Shown: positions 30,338 through 39,075 of the stretch, one piece after another | Position numbering within the stretch: position 1 is the stretch's first letter | Layout: each line of letters begins with the position of its first letter | Source: a bacterium | GTDB lineage: Bacteria > Patescibacteriota > Minisyncoccia > Phycocordibacterales > UBA12088 | Direction of reading: 5' to 3' | DNA: 64,000 nucleotides | Assembly (NCBI GenBank): GCA_003252295.1 | Contig: QKEV01000017.1 | Coordinates: forward strand, 100,488 to 164,487 | Notes under the pieces: generated by a model | What the model saw: the letters and a program-made list of their open reading frames with translations, nothing else | What the model was told of the DNA's origin: nothing | The model's database searches: none | Position numbers and translations under genes: made by a program

Positions 30338-31696
30338 ATGACTCAAGTCTTAGATACGAAAAAGGTATGGGAGGATGCCTTGGTTGATATTGAACTGTCT
30401 GTATCTAGGGCTAACTTCAGTACCTGGTTTAAAGGTACTCATGTAGTAAAGATTGAAGATGGTATTGTTTTCATTGGTGTACCAAGTCAATTCTATAAAG
30501 ACTGGCTTGCTGACAAGCATCATAAGACGATCCTTCGAGCACTCAGGAACGCTGAACCAAATACTCGGGGAGTAGAGTATATTATTGCAAGAGAAGACAA
30601 AAAGAAACCAAAGCATGAGAAAAAAATACTACGTTCTTCTGCAGTAAACGAACTTCCTCTCGACCAGCACTACATCAACAGAGCTGATAACCTCAATCCC
30701 CGCTATACGTTTGAATCATACGTAGTGGGGCCTTTTAATGAGCTTGCGTTTGCCGCTTCTCAGGCAGTAGTAAAAGAGCCAGGAATTACCTACAACCCAC
30801 TTTTTATATACGGGAATACAGGGTGTGGTAAAACACACCTCATCCAAGCAGTAGGTAATCACCTGAAGAAGTTAAATAATACAAGGAAGATCTTCTATAC
30901 CACCTCAGAGCGTTTTGGTACCGATATTGTTACTGCTATCCAACAGAATAATATTCAGAACGTGAAAGAGAAGTACCGTCAGTACGATGTACTCATGATG
31001 GATGATGTACAGTTCCTCTCAGGAAAAGATAAGTTGCAGGAAGAACTCTTCCATATCTTCAACTCACTCTATGAGAACAATAAGCAAATACTCTTCTCAT
31101 CTGATAGACACCCTAGCTACATCAGTGACCTGACCGATAGGCTTCGTTCTCGTTTTGGACAGGGAATGATAATAGATGTGACCATACCAGACCATGAATC
31201 ACGAGTAGCTATCCTTAAAACAAAAGCAGCTCATCACAACTTCCTATTAGGAGATGAATTAGCACAAATAATTGCAAACGAAGTAGAGGGTAATATTCGT
31301 GATCTTGAAGGAATTTTGAACAGGGTAATTTGTCAAACACAACTGAAAGGAAAATCACTTGATATTAATGATGTTAAACAGATCGTAAAGAACAATCTTC
31401 GTCCACAAAAGAATGTTTCTGTAAAAGACCTTGTTGAACGAGTGAGTCGTTACTATGATGTTGAATCTACCGTGATATATGAAAAAACTCGTAAAAAGGA
31501 GGTGGTTAAGCCTCGTCAGATCATCATGTACCTCATGCGCCAAGACTTCAATATCTCATATCCAACCATTGGACAGAAACTTGGTGGAAGAGATCACACC
31601 ACTGTCATCCATTCATGTGAGAAAATAAAACGCGAACTTACTGACGACTCAATACTGCAAAGGGAAGTGGAGGAGATTCGCGCAATGTTGAAATAG
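30338..31696 (+). CDS. dnaA: Chromosomal replication initiator DnaA
   Basis: LNPRYTF, YNPLFIYGNTGCGKTHL, DDVQF, QEELFH, GGRDHTTVIH. Confidence 0.99.
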   Translation: MTQVLDTKKVWEDALVDIELSVSRANFSTWFKGTHVVKIEDGIVFIGVPSQFYKDWLADKHHKTILRALRNAEPNTRGVEYIIAREDKKKPKHEKKILRSSAVNELPLDQHYINRADNLNPRYTFESYVVGPFNELAFAASQAVVKEPGITYNPLFIYGNTGCGKTHLIQAVGNHLKKLNNTRKIFYTTSERFGTDIVTAIQQNNIQNVKEKYRQYDVLMMDDVQFLSGKDKLQEELFHIFNSLYENNKQILFSSDRHPSYISDLTDRLRSRFGQGMIIDVTIPDHESRVAILKTKAAHHNFLLGDELAQIIANEVEGNIRDLEGILNRVICQTQLKGKSLDINDVKQIVKNNLRPQKNVSVKDLVERVSRYYDVESTVIYEKTRKKEVVKPRQIIMYLMRQDFNISYPTIGQKLGGRDHTTVIHSCEKIKRELTDDSILQREVEEIRAMLK

Positions 31697-31940
31697 TGTG
31701 GAGTAGTCTGCGTTTGTTCTGTGGAAAACATAGGGAAAGAACCAGTGAGTACTTGTGAAAACTTTTGTTTATAAGTGAGAATTGATTATACCGACTCTTC
31801 TTATAAACAAAGTAATCCACATTTTACAGAAGAAGTTCAAGTGAAAAATATAGTGTAAAGTAAAACTTTTTTTCACCTTTCCACATATCTACAGGACTAA
31901 TAATAGTAAAGTAAAAAAAATTAAAAAATAATTAACTACT
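31697..31940. other. oriC: Probable oriC (dnaA-dnaN intergenic)
   Basis: DnaA-box-like 9-mers at 31697, 31720, 31813 and 31877; tandem boxes then GGA and NTA trios; AT-rich tract. Confidence 0.8.
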
Positions 31941-33041
31941 ATGGAGTGTACAGTAAACCGTGAAGAACTTCTTGAAGCAGTACTACAAACAGAGAAGTTA
32001 ACCGTAAAGAATCACACACTTCCTGTCCTCTCTTGTATTCATGTTGAAGTAAGTGGTGACAAGTTACTCCTCTCAGCAACAAACCTAGAAGTCGGTATAC
32101 GTTTTTCAATAACTATTTCAGATGGTAAGGATGGTGTTGTAGCTGTATCAGGTAGTGTGCTTTCTCATGTTATTTCATCTCTTCCAAGTGGTACGAGTGT
32201 TTCTCTTTCCACACAAGAAGGATATCTTGTTGTTGCTAACAGTGAAGGAAGTTCAAAGATTGCACTTCAGGAAGCTGAAGATTTTCCTGTGCTCCCAGAA
32301 GTTGATGATGGTGATTCCTTTAATCTTCCAGCAAAGGAATTGCATGCAGCTATATCTGCTGTGGTGTACTGTGCAAGCACTTCAACCATCAAACCTGAAT
32401 TATCAAGTGTGTTTATTCACCCAGATGGTGCTGTACTAATTGCAGCAGCAACAGATTCATTTCGTTTAGCGGAGAAGAGGATTCCACTCAAAGAGACAAT
32501 AGAAATAGAACCTTTTCTTATCCCCAGTAAATCAACAGGGAGCTTACTTAAGGTACTAGAACGTGCTGATGGTATGGTAAAAATGGTATCAAATAAACAT
32601 CAGTTATCAGTTACTGTTGATACTGTGTATATAACACTCCGTCTCGTTGCTGGAACCTTTCCAGACTATACTCAAATCATACCAAAAGAGTTTGTTACAG
32701 AGGCAACTATGTTGACTCACGATTTTGAGAGGGTCTTGAGGAAGGCTACAGTCTTCTCTGACCAGTTTAATCAGACAGTGGTAACCATATCACCAAAAGA
32801 AAAAAAATGTTTCGTATACACGAAAAATGAAAGCGTAGGAGAAACAAAAGATAGTATACAAGCAGCACTCACAGGAGAAAGTTTGGAAATAAGTTTTAAT
32901 CAAAAGTACCTGGTTGATGCTCTCCATTCTGTCTCAACAGACAGTATCACTATTCAGTTTGCAGGACAGTCTCAGCCAGCAATAGTATCTCCTGTTGGGG
33001 ATAGTGGTTTTATTTATCTGGTAATGCCTATGAATAGGTAG
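31941..33041 (+). CDS. dnaN: DNA polymerase III beta clamp
   Basis: ATNLE, ATDSFRLAE, GTFPDY, YLVMPM; downstream of dnaA. Confidence 0.98.
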   Translation: MECTVNREELLEAVLQTEKLTVKNHTLPVLSCIHVEVSGDKLLLSATNLEVGIRFSITISDGKDGVVAVSGSVLSHVISSLPSGTSVSLSTQEGYLVVANSEGSSKIALQEAEDFPVLPEVDDGDSFNLPAKELHAAISAVVYCASTSTIKPELSSVFIHPDGAVLIAAATDSFRLAEKRIPLKETIEIEPFLIPSKSTGSLLKVLERADGMVKMVSNKHQLSVTVDTVYITLRLVAGTFPDYTQIIPKEFVTEATMLTHDFERVLRKATVFSDQFNQTVVTISPKEKKCFVYTKNESVGETKDSIQAALTGESLEISFNQKYLVDALHSVSTDSITIQFAGQSQPAIVSPVGDSGFIYLVMPMNR

Positions 33042-33048
33042 TTAGTGT

Positions 33049-33303
33049 ATGGATAGTGTAGTTACGTTCCTTTCAAAGTACAAAAACCTCAAACCACCAG
33101 AGGAAAGTACAAAAAAAATAATTCTACAAATCATTAAAGATGAGTGTGGTTTGTGTTTAGAGAAAAAAGATGTTTCCTTGAAGCAGGGAGGAGTATTTCT
33201 TACTTGTCACCCTGCAGTGCGTAGCGAACTTATACGTTGCGTTCCGCGTATTTTAAATACACTCCAAAAAGATCATAATATTCGTCTTTCGTATATTCGT
33301 TAA
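33049..33303 (+). CDS. Small hypothetical protein, possibly DciA-like
   Basis: 84 aa directly after dnaN; alpha/beta pattern. Confidence 0.6.
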   Translation: MDSVVTFLSKYKNLKPPEESTKKIILQIIKDECGLCLEKKDVSLKQGGVFLTCHPAVRSELIRCVPRILNTLQKDHNIRLSYIR

Positions 33304-35822
33304 CGAATTTTAAAGTCAATTGAATCACCCCCTCGTTCACCTTCGGTGTTGTAAGCAATAACAAGAAGTGTATAGGTCTCACCCTCTGACAACCCTCGTT
33401 CACCCGGCATAAAAAAGAATGAATCATCAGTAGTACTACTGCCTATGAGTTCTCCATCAATGTAGTATTCAATATGTTCAATATCAAGGTCACTTTTGAT
33501 ACGTGTTTTTACTTCAATAATCTCATCAAGAGATACCCTATCCCCATCATCAGGTTCTGTGATGGTTACCTTAGGTTTTGTTGCTGAGGAGGTATCTTCA
33601 TTATTTGTTTCATTAAGTACGTCATAAATAGACACTTCCCCTTGTGACACTGACCAAAGTAGTACACCGTACTCCCAGTAGGCATACTGTGGATCACTTT
33701 CAGGGTGGAGTGGTGTAGCCCCTCGTGGATCATCTTTATCTACATAATAGAGAATAGAGTGACTTGTTGTTTTATTGTTTGTGCTGTTGAGGAAAAAAGA
33801 GGTTGTAGTAGCTTGCTGTGAAGCAGCTCCAGTCTTTCCATTTAAAACAGGTTTTATAGTAGGGTCTATTTCTTCTGGAGATGTAAAGTCAGTTGAATCA
33901 GGATATTTTTCAAAGTATGCATTCATGAACTTGTTCCACATTGGTGCAATAATAAAACCAGCAACCTTTTTTTCCATTGCCATGTTGGTATTATTTCCTG
34001 CCCACGCACCAACAGCTATTTCTGGGGTGTAACCAATGATCCATGCATCTCTATAATCGTTCGTGGTACCTGTTTTAACAGCAACATCATGATCAGGGAA
34101 GTAGAGGTATGAGTTAGCACCAAAAGCAGGTGTCCTTGCTTTATTATCAGCAAGAATATCAGTGATTGATCGGGTCACTTCTGCTTCAATAACTCGTTCA
34201 CCATCATTTTCCAACTCAAAAAGTTTTTTACCATCTGAATCAATTTCAATAATGCTCGTGCTTGGGTTACGTACCCCTTCGTTTGCAAATACACCGTAGG
34301 CACCTGTCATTTCAAGAAGTGAGACCTCACCACCACCAAGCACAAGGGTGAGTCCATATCGCTGGTAATCTTCAAGTGTAGTGAGACCAAATGATTCAGC
34401 AAGTTCAATAGTTTCCTTCATACCAGCTAAATAGAGTGCTTTTACTGCAGGTATGTTCACAGATTGTGCAAGAGCTTCTCGGAATGTCATAGGTCCCCTA
34501 AATTTACTATCATAGTTTCCTGGAACATAGCATTCACCTTCATCACCTGATAAGTCTGTCTTACTACATGCTGTTGAAAATTGTGTTTTTACATCATATA
34601 CAACAGTTTCTGTGGTGTATCCTTTTTGTATTGCAGCTGCGTAGGCAAATGGCTTAAAAGAAGAACCTGGTTGTCGTTTAGCAAGTCCGATGTTGTAGTT
34701 TCCATCAATTTCATCATCAAAATAATCTCTACTTCCGACCATAACAAGTATACCTCCAGTTTTTGGATCAACAGCCATAAGTGAAGCATTTGTAGCATTG
34801 TACTTTTCAGTATTTTCTAGTGCACCATCATATACAATCTGCTCCGCTTCTTTCTGGAGATCCCAATCGAGTGTTGTTATGACACGCAAGTTTGCTGTTG
34901 CCACATCTTCATCAGGGAACATTTCTGATAGTTGATCTATGACATAGAACACAAAGTGAGGTGCTTTGATGGCTCCAGAACTAAATGGTCGAAACTCAAC
35001 TTGTTCGTTCATAGCATCGTTGTATTCCTCTTCTGTTATGTAGTTAAATTTGAGCATTTCTGCGAGCACTTTATCTTTTCTAGCGTTGAGTGCATCTCTA
35101 TTGTTTCCATATGGTGAGTAGTAGGTTGGTGCTTGAGGGAGAGCTGCAAGGTAAGCACTCTCTGCGATAGTGAGATCTTTTGCAGATTTACCAAAGAATC
35201 CCTGACTTGCTTCTTCAATACCATACTTCGTGCCTCCGTAAGGCACTTCATTGAGGTAAAGTTCAAGTATTTCATCTTTGGTTGATATCTGCTCAAGTTT
35301 TACTGCAAGCACCCACTCTTTTAGTTTTCTTGAAATTTTCTTTTCAGAAACAAGTAGCTTATTTTTAACCACTTGCTGTGTAATAGTTGAACCTCCTTGT
35401 CCACCAAATAGGTCACCATTTTGTAGGTTTCGAATTATTGCACGTAGTACAGCAAAAGGCTCAACACCATGATGACTGTAAAAACCAGAATCCTCGATAG
35501 CTATGGTTGCGTACTTAACGTAATCAGATATTTCGTCAAGAGGAACAACTGTTCTTCGAACATCTTGATGCATGTCATAAAGGAGTACTTTTCCTGTTTT
35601 ATCGTAGATTTTTGTTGATTGCCCTGATTGCTGCTGTTCAAGTGTCTCAAGTGTTGGCATGGTGAGCGTAGAAGCCCAAATGAGAAAAATACCAGAGAGT
35701 ATAAAACCACCAGCAAAACCTAAAGCAATGATCGGAAGTAATATTTTTTTAAGCAAACGAAAGCGTTTTTCTCGCTTCTTTTTCTTCCTCCTATTCTCAA
35801 TAATATTTCGAATCCACCTCAT
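33300..35822 (-). CDS. Class A penicillin-binding protein (PBP1A) with C-terminal Ig-like domain
   Basis: GT motifs EDSGFYSHHG, GGSTITQQ, RKLKE; TP motifs SSFK, SVN, KTGT. Confidence 0.95.
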   Translation of the reverse strand: MRWIRNIIENRRKKKKREKRFRLLKKILLPIIALGFAGGFILSGIFLIWASTLTMPTLETLEQQQSGQSTKIYDKTGKVLLYDMHQDVRRTVVPLDEISDYVKYATIAIEDSGFYSHHGVEPFAVLRAIIRNLQNGDLFGGQGGSTITQQVVKNKLLVSEKKISRKLKEWVLAVKLEQISTKDEILELYLNEVPYGGTKYGIEEASQGFFGKSAKDLTIAESAYLAALPQAPTYYSPYGNNRDALNARKDKVLAEMLKFNYITEEEYNDAMNEQVEFRPFSSGAIKAPHFVFYVIDQLSEMFPDEDVATANLRVITTLDWDLQKEAEQIVYDGALENTEKYNATNASLMAVDPKTGGILVMVGSRDYFDDEIDGNYNIGLAKRQPGSSFKPFAYAAAIQKGYTTETVVYDVKTQFSTACSKTDLSGDEGECYVPGNYDSKFRGPMTFREALAQSVNIPAVKALYLAGMKETIELAESFGLTTLEDYQRYGLTLVLGGGEVSLLEMTGAYGVFANEGVRNPSTSIIEIDSDGKKLFELENDGERVIEAEVTRSITDILADNKARTPAFGANSYLYFPDHDVAVKTGTTNDYRDAWIIGYTPEIAVGAWAGNNTNMAMEKKVAGFIIAPMWNKFMNAYFEKYPDSTDFTSPEEIDPTIKPVLNGKTGAASQQATTTSFFLNSTNNKTTSHSILYYVDKDDPRGATPLHPESDPQYAYWEYGVLLWSVSQGEVSIYDVLNETNNEDTSSATKPKVTITEPDDGDRVSLDEIIEVKTRIKSDLDIEHIEYYIDGELIGSSTTDDSFFFMPGERGLSEGETYTLLVIAYNTEGERGGDSIDFKIR

Positions 35823-35922
35823 AGAGACAATAGTAGCACAGCAAAAATAACTTGGCTTGTCCTTGTGGTATATATCCTAAACTTACTAGAGGAAGAAGAG
35901 GAAAAGGAGGGTGTGAAGTATT

Positions 35923-35951
35923 AAAAAACCCACCAGAAGGTGGGAATTTTA
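35923..35951 (-). terminator. Terminator after the acidic small ORF
   Basis: CCCACC-ttct-GGTGGG-TTTTTT on the minus strand. Confidence 0.7.
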
Positions 35952-36119
35952 CTATTCATCGGTATCTTCAAAACTATCGAAGTCCAAGTAGTCGTCTGTT
36001 TCATCATCATCTTCATCTCCATCAAACAGTGGTTCTTCTAACTCATCATCGTCATCAAATTGCTCGTCATCTTCAAATGCTTCTTCAAGCAATCCTTCAT
36101 CTTTTTCATCGGTATCCAT
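35952..36119 (-). CDS. 55-aa extremely acidic small protein (not in the ORF track)
   Basis: MDTDEKDEGLLEEAFEDDEQFDDDDELEEPLFDGDEDDDETDDYLDFDSFEDTDE, followed by a terminator. Confidence 0.7.
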   Translation of the reverse strand: MDTDEKDEGLLEEAFEDDEQFDDDDELEEPLFDGDEDDDETDDYLDFDSFEDTDE

Positions 36120-36238
36120 ACGTGTATGAACTAAATGTAATTACGTGCAAATGCACATTTTTAATGATGAACGTGTACGTTCGGTGTTATTTGTAACAAA
36201 GCTTGGGGTTATATGCAATATGTACAGTTTGTGGATAT

Positions 36239-36721
36239 CTAGTACTTTGCTGAAAGGGTGACACTTCCTGTTAAACCAACAGCTATTGCATCGTACTCAT
36301 CATCATATTGTATTGCTTTTTCTATTTTAATAAGTCGTGGGAGCATCAGCATTACCTGTTGCTTTGTAGCAGCGCCATCTCCTGTTACTGCAATCTTTAC
36401 CTGTTTTGGAGTAAATTCATGAAGTGGTACATTGAGTTGCGTTACGGTAAGAATAAGTGCACCACGCGCTTCAGCAACATGCATTGCTGTCTTTTGGTTT
36501 TTTGCAAAAAAGAGTGTTTCGAGTACGCAGGCATCAGGACTGTGTTTCTCTATATATGCACGAAACTCATTCGTGATAGATAGTAACCTTTTTTCAAAAG
36601 CATCTTCCTTGTTTGTGGTAAGGCATGCTGAATCAAGGAGTGTTTCCTTACCAGTGTCGTCACGTTCAATAACAGCTAAACCGCACCTGTCGTATCCTGG
36701 ATCAAGAGCTATTACTTTCAT
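36239..36721 (-). CDS. ruvC: Holliday junction resolvase
   Basis: ALDPG, E.LFF.KN, EARG, P.QVK.AVTG.G.A.K.QV, DDEYDAIA. Confidence 0.95.
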   Translation of the reverse strand: MKVIALDPGYDRCGLAVIERDDTGKETLLDSACLTTNKEDAFEKRLLSITNEFRAYIEKHSPDACVLETLFFAKNQKTAMHVAEARGALILTVTQLNVPLHEFTPKQVKIAVTGDGAATKQQVMLMLPRLIKIEKAIQYDDEYDAIAVGLTGSVTLSAKY

Positions 36722-36724
36722 GTT

Positions 36725-37252
36725 TTACTCTGCGTTCGTGTAGACACTTTCAACATCATCATGTTCCTCTAAGGCATCAATGAGTGTTGAAAGTTTCTCT
36801 GCATCTTCATCAGATACGGGAACAGTAGTTGTTGCTTTCCAATCCATCCCTTCCTTTTCAAATGCCCAGGCAGCAGCACCTTGTTCAGCGAGTTGGTAGC
36901 CAAGTTTTGATACAAGATGTTTGATTTCAGGAAATGTCCTATTCTTATTATCAGTAACCGTATCAACAAGGATAGCAACACCACCTGGTCCGTAGAGTTC
37001 ATAGGTAATACACTCTTCTCCACCTCCACCTCCTGCACCCTTTGCCACGGCACGTTCAATGTTTTCCTTCGGCATATTTGCTGCTTTAGCTTTTCCTATC
37101 ACTACCTTGAGGGCAGGGGAATTCATGTCTCCTTTTGCGAGTTTCGACTCTGCAGCAATGAGTCGGGCAAGTTTACTGAACTCTTTACCTCGCTTTGCAT
37201 CAACAAGTGCTTTTTTATGTTTAATGGTTGACCATTTTGAATGTCCTGACAT
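36725..37252 (-). CDS. yebC: YebC/PmpR family protein (internally shortened)
   Basis: MSGHSKWSTIKHKK, YELYGPGG, TDNKNRT, LEEHDDVESVYTN. Confidence 0.93.
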   Translation of the reverse strand: MSGHSKWSTIKHKKALVDAKRGKEFSKLARLIAAESKLAKGDMNSPALKVVIGKAKAANMPKENIERAVAKGAGGGGGEECITYELYGPGGVAILVDTVTDNKNRTFPEIKHLVSKLGYQLAEQGAAAWAFEKEGMDWKATTTVPVSDEDAEKLSTLIDALEEHDDVESVYTNAE

Positions 37253-37348
37253 AAGCAAATATTTTATTAGTGATTACATAATACGTTTCTACAGTATTCC
37301 TGCAAATGGTACTGCGATTGATACCATGTTGTTATACTATACAGGTAT

Positions 37349-37696
37349 ATGAAGCATATATTTATTACACTATTACTACTTTTCGCTCCAGTAGCAGCTC
37401 TTGCTGACGCAACGTACATTGTAAAGTTCTTGTCGGGTGTTGAATCACTTTTTCAAAAACTAATTCCTATAGTGAGTGGATTAGCACTACTAATGTTTAT
37501 ATGGGGTCTGGTTAAGTTTATTACCCAGTCCGGAGATGAAAGAGCTGTTGCTGAAGGAAAACAGTTTATGATTTGGGGAATTGTAGCTCTTTTTTGTGCA
37601 GTGTCGGTGTGGGGTATAGTTACGGTTGCACAAAATATATTTGGTATAGGTGGTGGTACAGCACAAGTAAGTCCAGGGACTACGTATACTCCGTAA
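37349..37696 (+). CDS. VirB2/TrbC-like pilin (orphan)
   Basis: Signal peptide ALA; FIWGLVKFI..SGDE....GKQFMIWGIVALF. Confidence 0.8.
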   Translation: MKHIFITLLLLFAPVAALADATYIVKFLSGVESLFQKLIPIVSGLALLMFIWGLVKFITQSGDERAVAEGKQFMIWGIVALFCAVSVWGIVTVAQNIFGIGGGTAQVSPGTTYTP

Positions 37697-37702
37697 TTGA
37701 TC

Positions 37703-38719
37703 TTACAGAAGGTTGTCTTGTTGTGGGTACTCGATGTTAAGGTGAGCATACCCATGTGGTGTGACTACTCTCCCTCTTGGTGTTCGTTCAAGAAGTCCTG
37801 ATCGGATAAGGTACGGTTCGTACACTTCTTCTATGGTAGCTTCTTCTTCTGCTGTTGCCGCAGCCAAGGTGCTCAATCCAACAGGTCCCCCGTTAAATTT
37901 TTCAATAATCGTACTTAAGAGGTGTCTATCGGTGTACTGTAGACCGAGTGCGTCATAGCCAAGGTTGTTGAGAGACTCATGAATAAGTTCTTTTGAAAAA
38001 TCTCTCTTGTGTACCTGTGCATAGTCTCTACATCGTTTAAGGAGATAGTTAGCGGTTCTCGGAGTAAAACGACTTCGTTCAGCTATAGCGTAGGCAGCTT
38101 CTTTCTGTATGGGAACATTGAGAATTCCTGCAGAACGTTCAATAATTTTTGCAATCTCTTCATTGTTATAGAACTCAAGTCGAAATACTCCTCCAGAAAA
38201 ACGACTACGGAGTGGAGCAGAGAGTAGGGCGATACGGGTGGTAGCTGCAACAAGGGTAAATGGTGGAAGTTCAAGTTGTATGGTGCGCGCCGAAGGACCT
38301 TTTCCAATAATAATATCTAATACCCCAGATTCGAGTGCAGGGTAGAGTACCTCCTCTATGGACTTGTTGAGCCGGTGTATCTCATCAACAAACAGTATGT
38401 CATGTTTTCCTAGGTTGGTGAGTATTGCTGCAAGATCTCCGACGCGTTCAATAGCAGGACCTGAGGTTACCTTCATGGCAGAACCCAAGTCTGAAGCAAT
38501 AAGGTGTGCCAACGTTGTCTTTCCGAGACCAGGAGGACCGTAAAGGAGAAGGTGTTCTGGTGAATGACCACGTTCACGTGCAGCGTGGAGTAGTACCTGG
38601 AGGTTGTTCTTCACGTTCTCCTGTCCTATGTATTCGTTCCATTTGTCGGGGCGCAGTGTTTTATCGAGCCACTGATCTGGAGCATCACTTTTTTTATCAC
38701 TATTTGAATGACTTGACAT
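37703..38719 (-). CDS. ruvB: Holliday junction branch-migration ATPase
   Basis: LRP, GPPGLGKTTLA, DEIHRL, ATTR, EPYL, RTPRGR. Confidence 0.98.
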   Translation of the reverse strand: MSSHSNSDKKSDAPDQWLDKTLRPDKWNEYIGQENVKNNLQVLLHAARERGHSPEHLLLYGPPGLGKTTLAHLIASDLGSAMKVTSGPAIERVGDLAAILTNLGKHDILFVDEIHRLNKSIEEVLYPALESGVLDIIIGKGPSARTIQLELPPFTLVAATTRIALLSAPLRSRFSGGVFRLEFYNNEEIAKIIERSAGILNVPIQKEAAYAIAERSRFTPRTANYLLKRCRDYAQVHKRDFSKELIHESLNNLGYDALGLQYTDRHLLSTIIEKFNGGPVGLSTLAAATAEEEATIEEVYEPYLIRSGLLERTPRGRVVTPHGYAHLNIEYPQQDNLL

Positions 38720-38781
38720 ATTATTATGTATGTGCTACACTCTTCTGCGAGTTAGACATACTGTTATTTAAACATATTTAT

Positions 38782-38976
38782 TCGGGATATAAACCCCCGA
38801 CACGACAGAACCATGCTTGCATGGTAACGCGCACCAGGCGAGGACTCTTTGGTGCCACCTATCTTGAGGATATACCCTGTGTATGTGTTCAAGATAGGTG
38901 GTGAGCTGGAGTACTCCTTAGCTAGGAAGCCGCATTTATTTTTTTAAATGTGTCATGTCAGGGGTTTGTGTCCCGA
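38782..38976 (+). ncRNA. Candidate structured ncRNA of unknown family
   Basis: ~25-bp closing stem enclosing five hairpins; G-U pairs in the inner stems favour the + strand. Confidence 0.55.
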
Positions 38977-39075
38977 GTTTTTTTGTTTCTGTTCCTACTT
39001 CACTAAAGTTTCGTAGGACACGGTAAAGTTATAGTAGGGCAAAGCAAAAAAATTCACCAAGTAAATAATCCTCAG

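Noticed and set aside
35852-36196. His-rich + strand ORF
   Set aside because: It is the antisense shadow of the GAT/GAA-rich acidic ORF on the minus strand
38506-38904. 132-aa + strand ORF
   Set aside because: Antisense to ruvB and runs into the structured element
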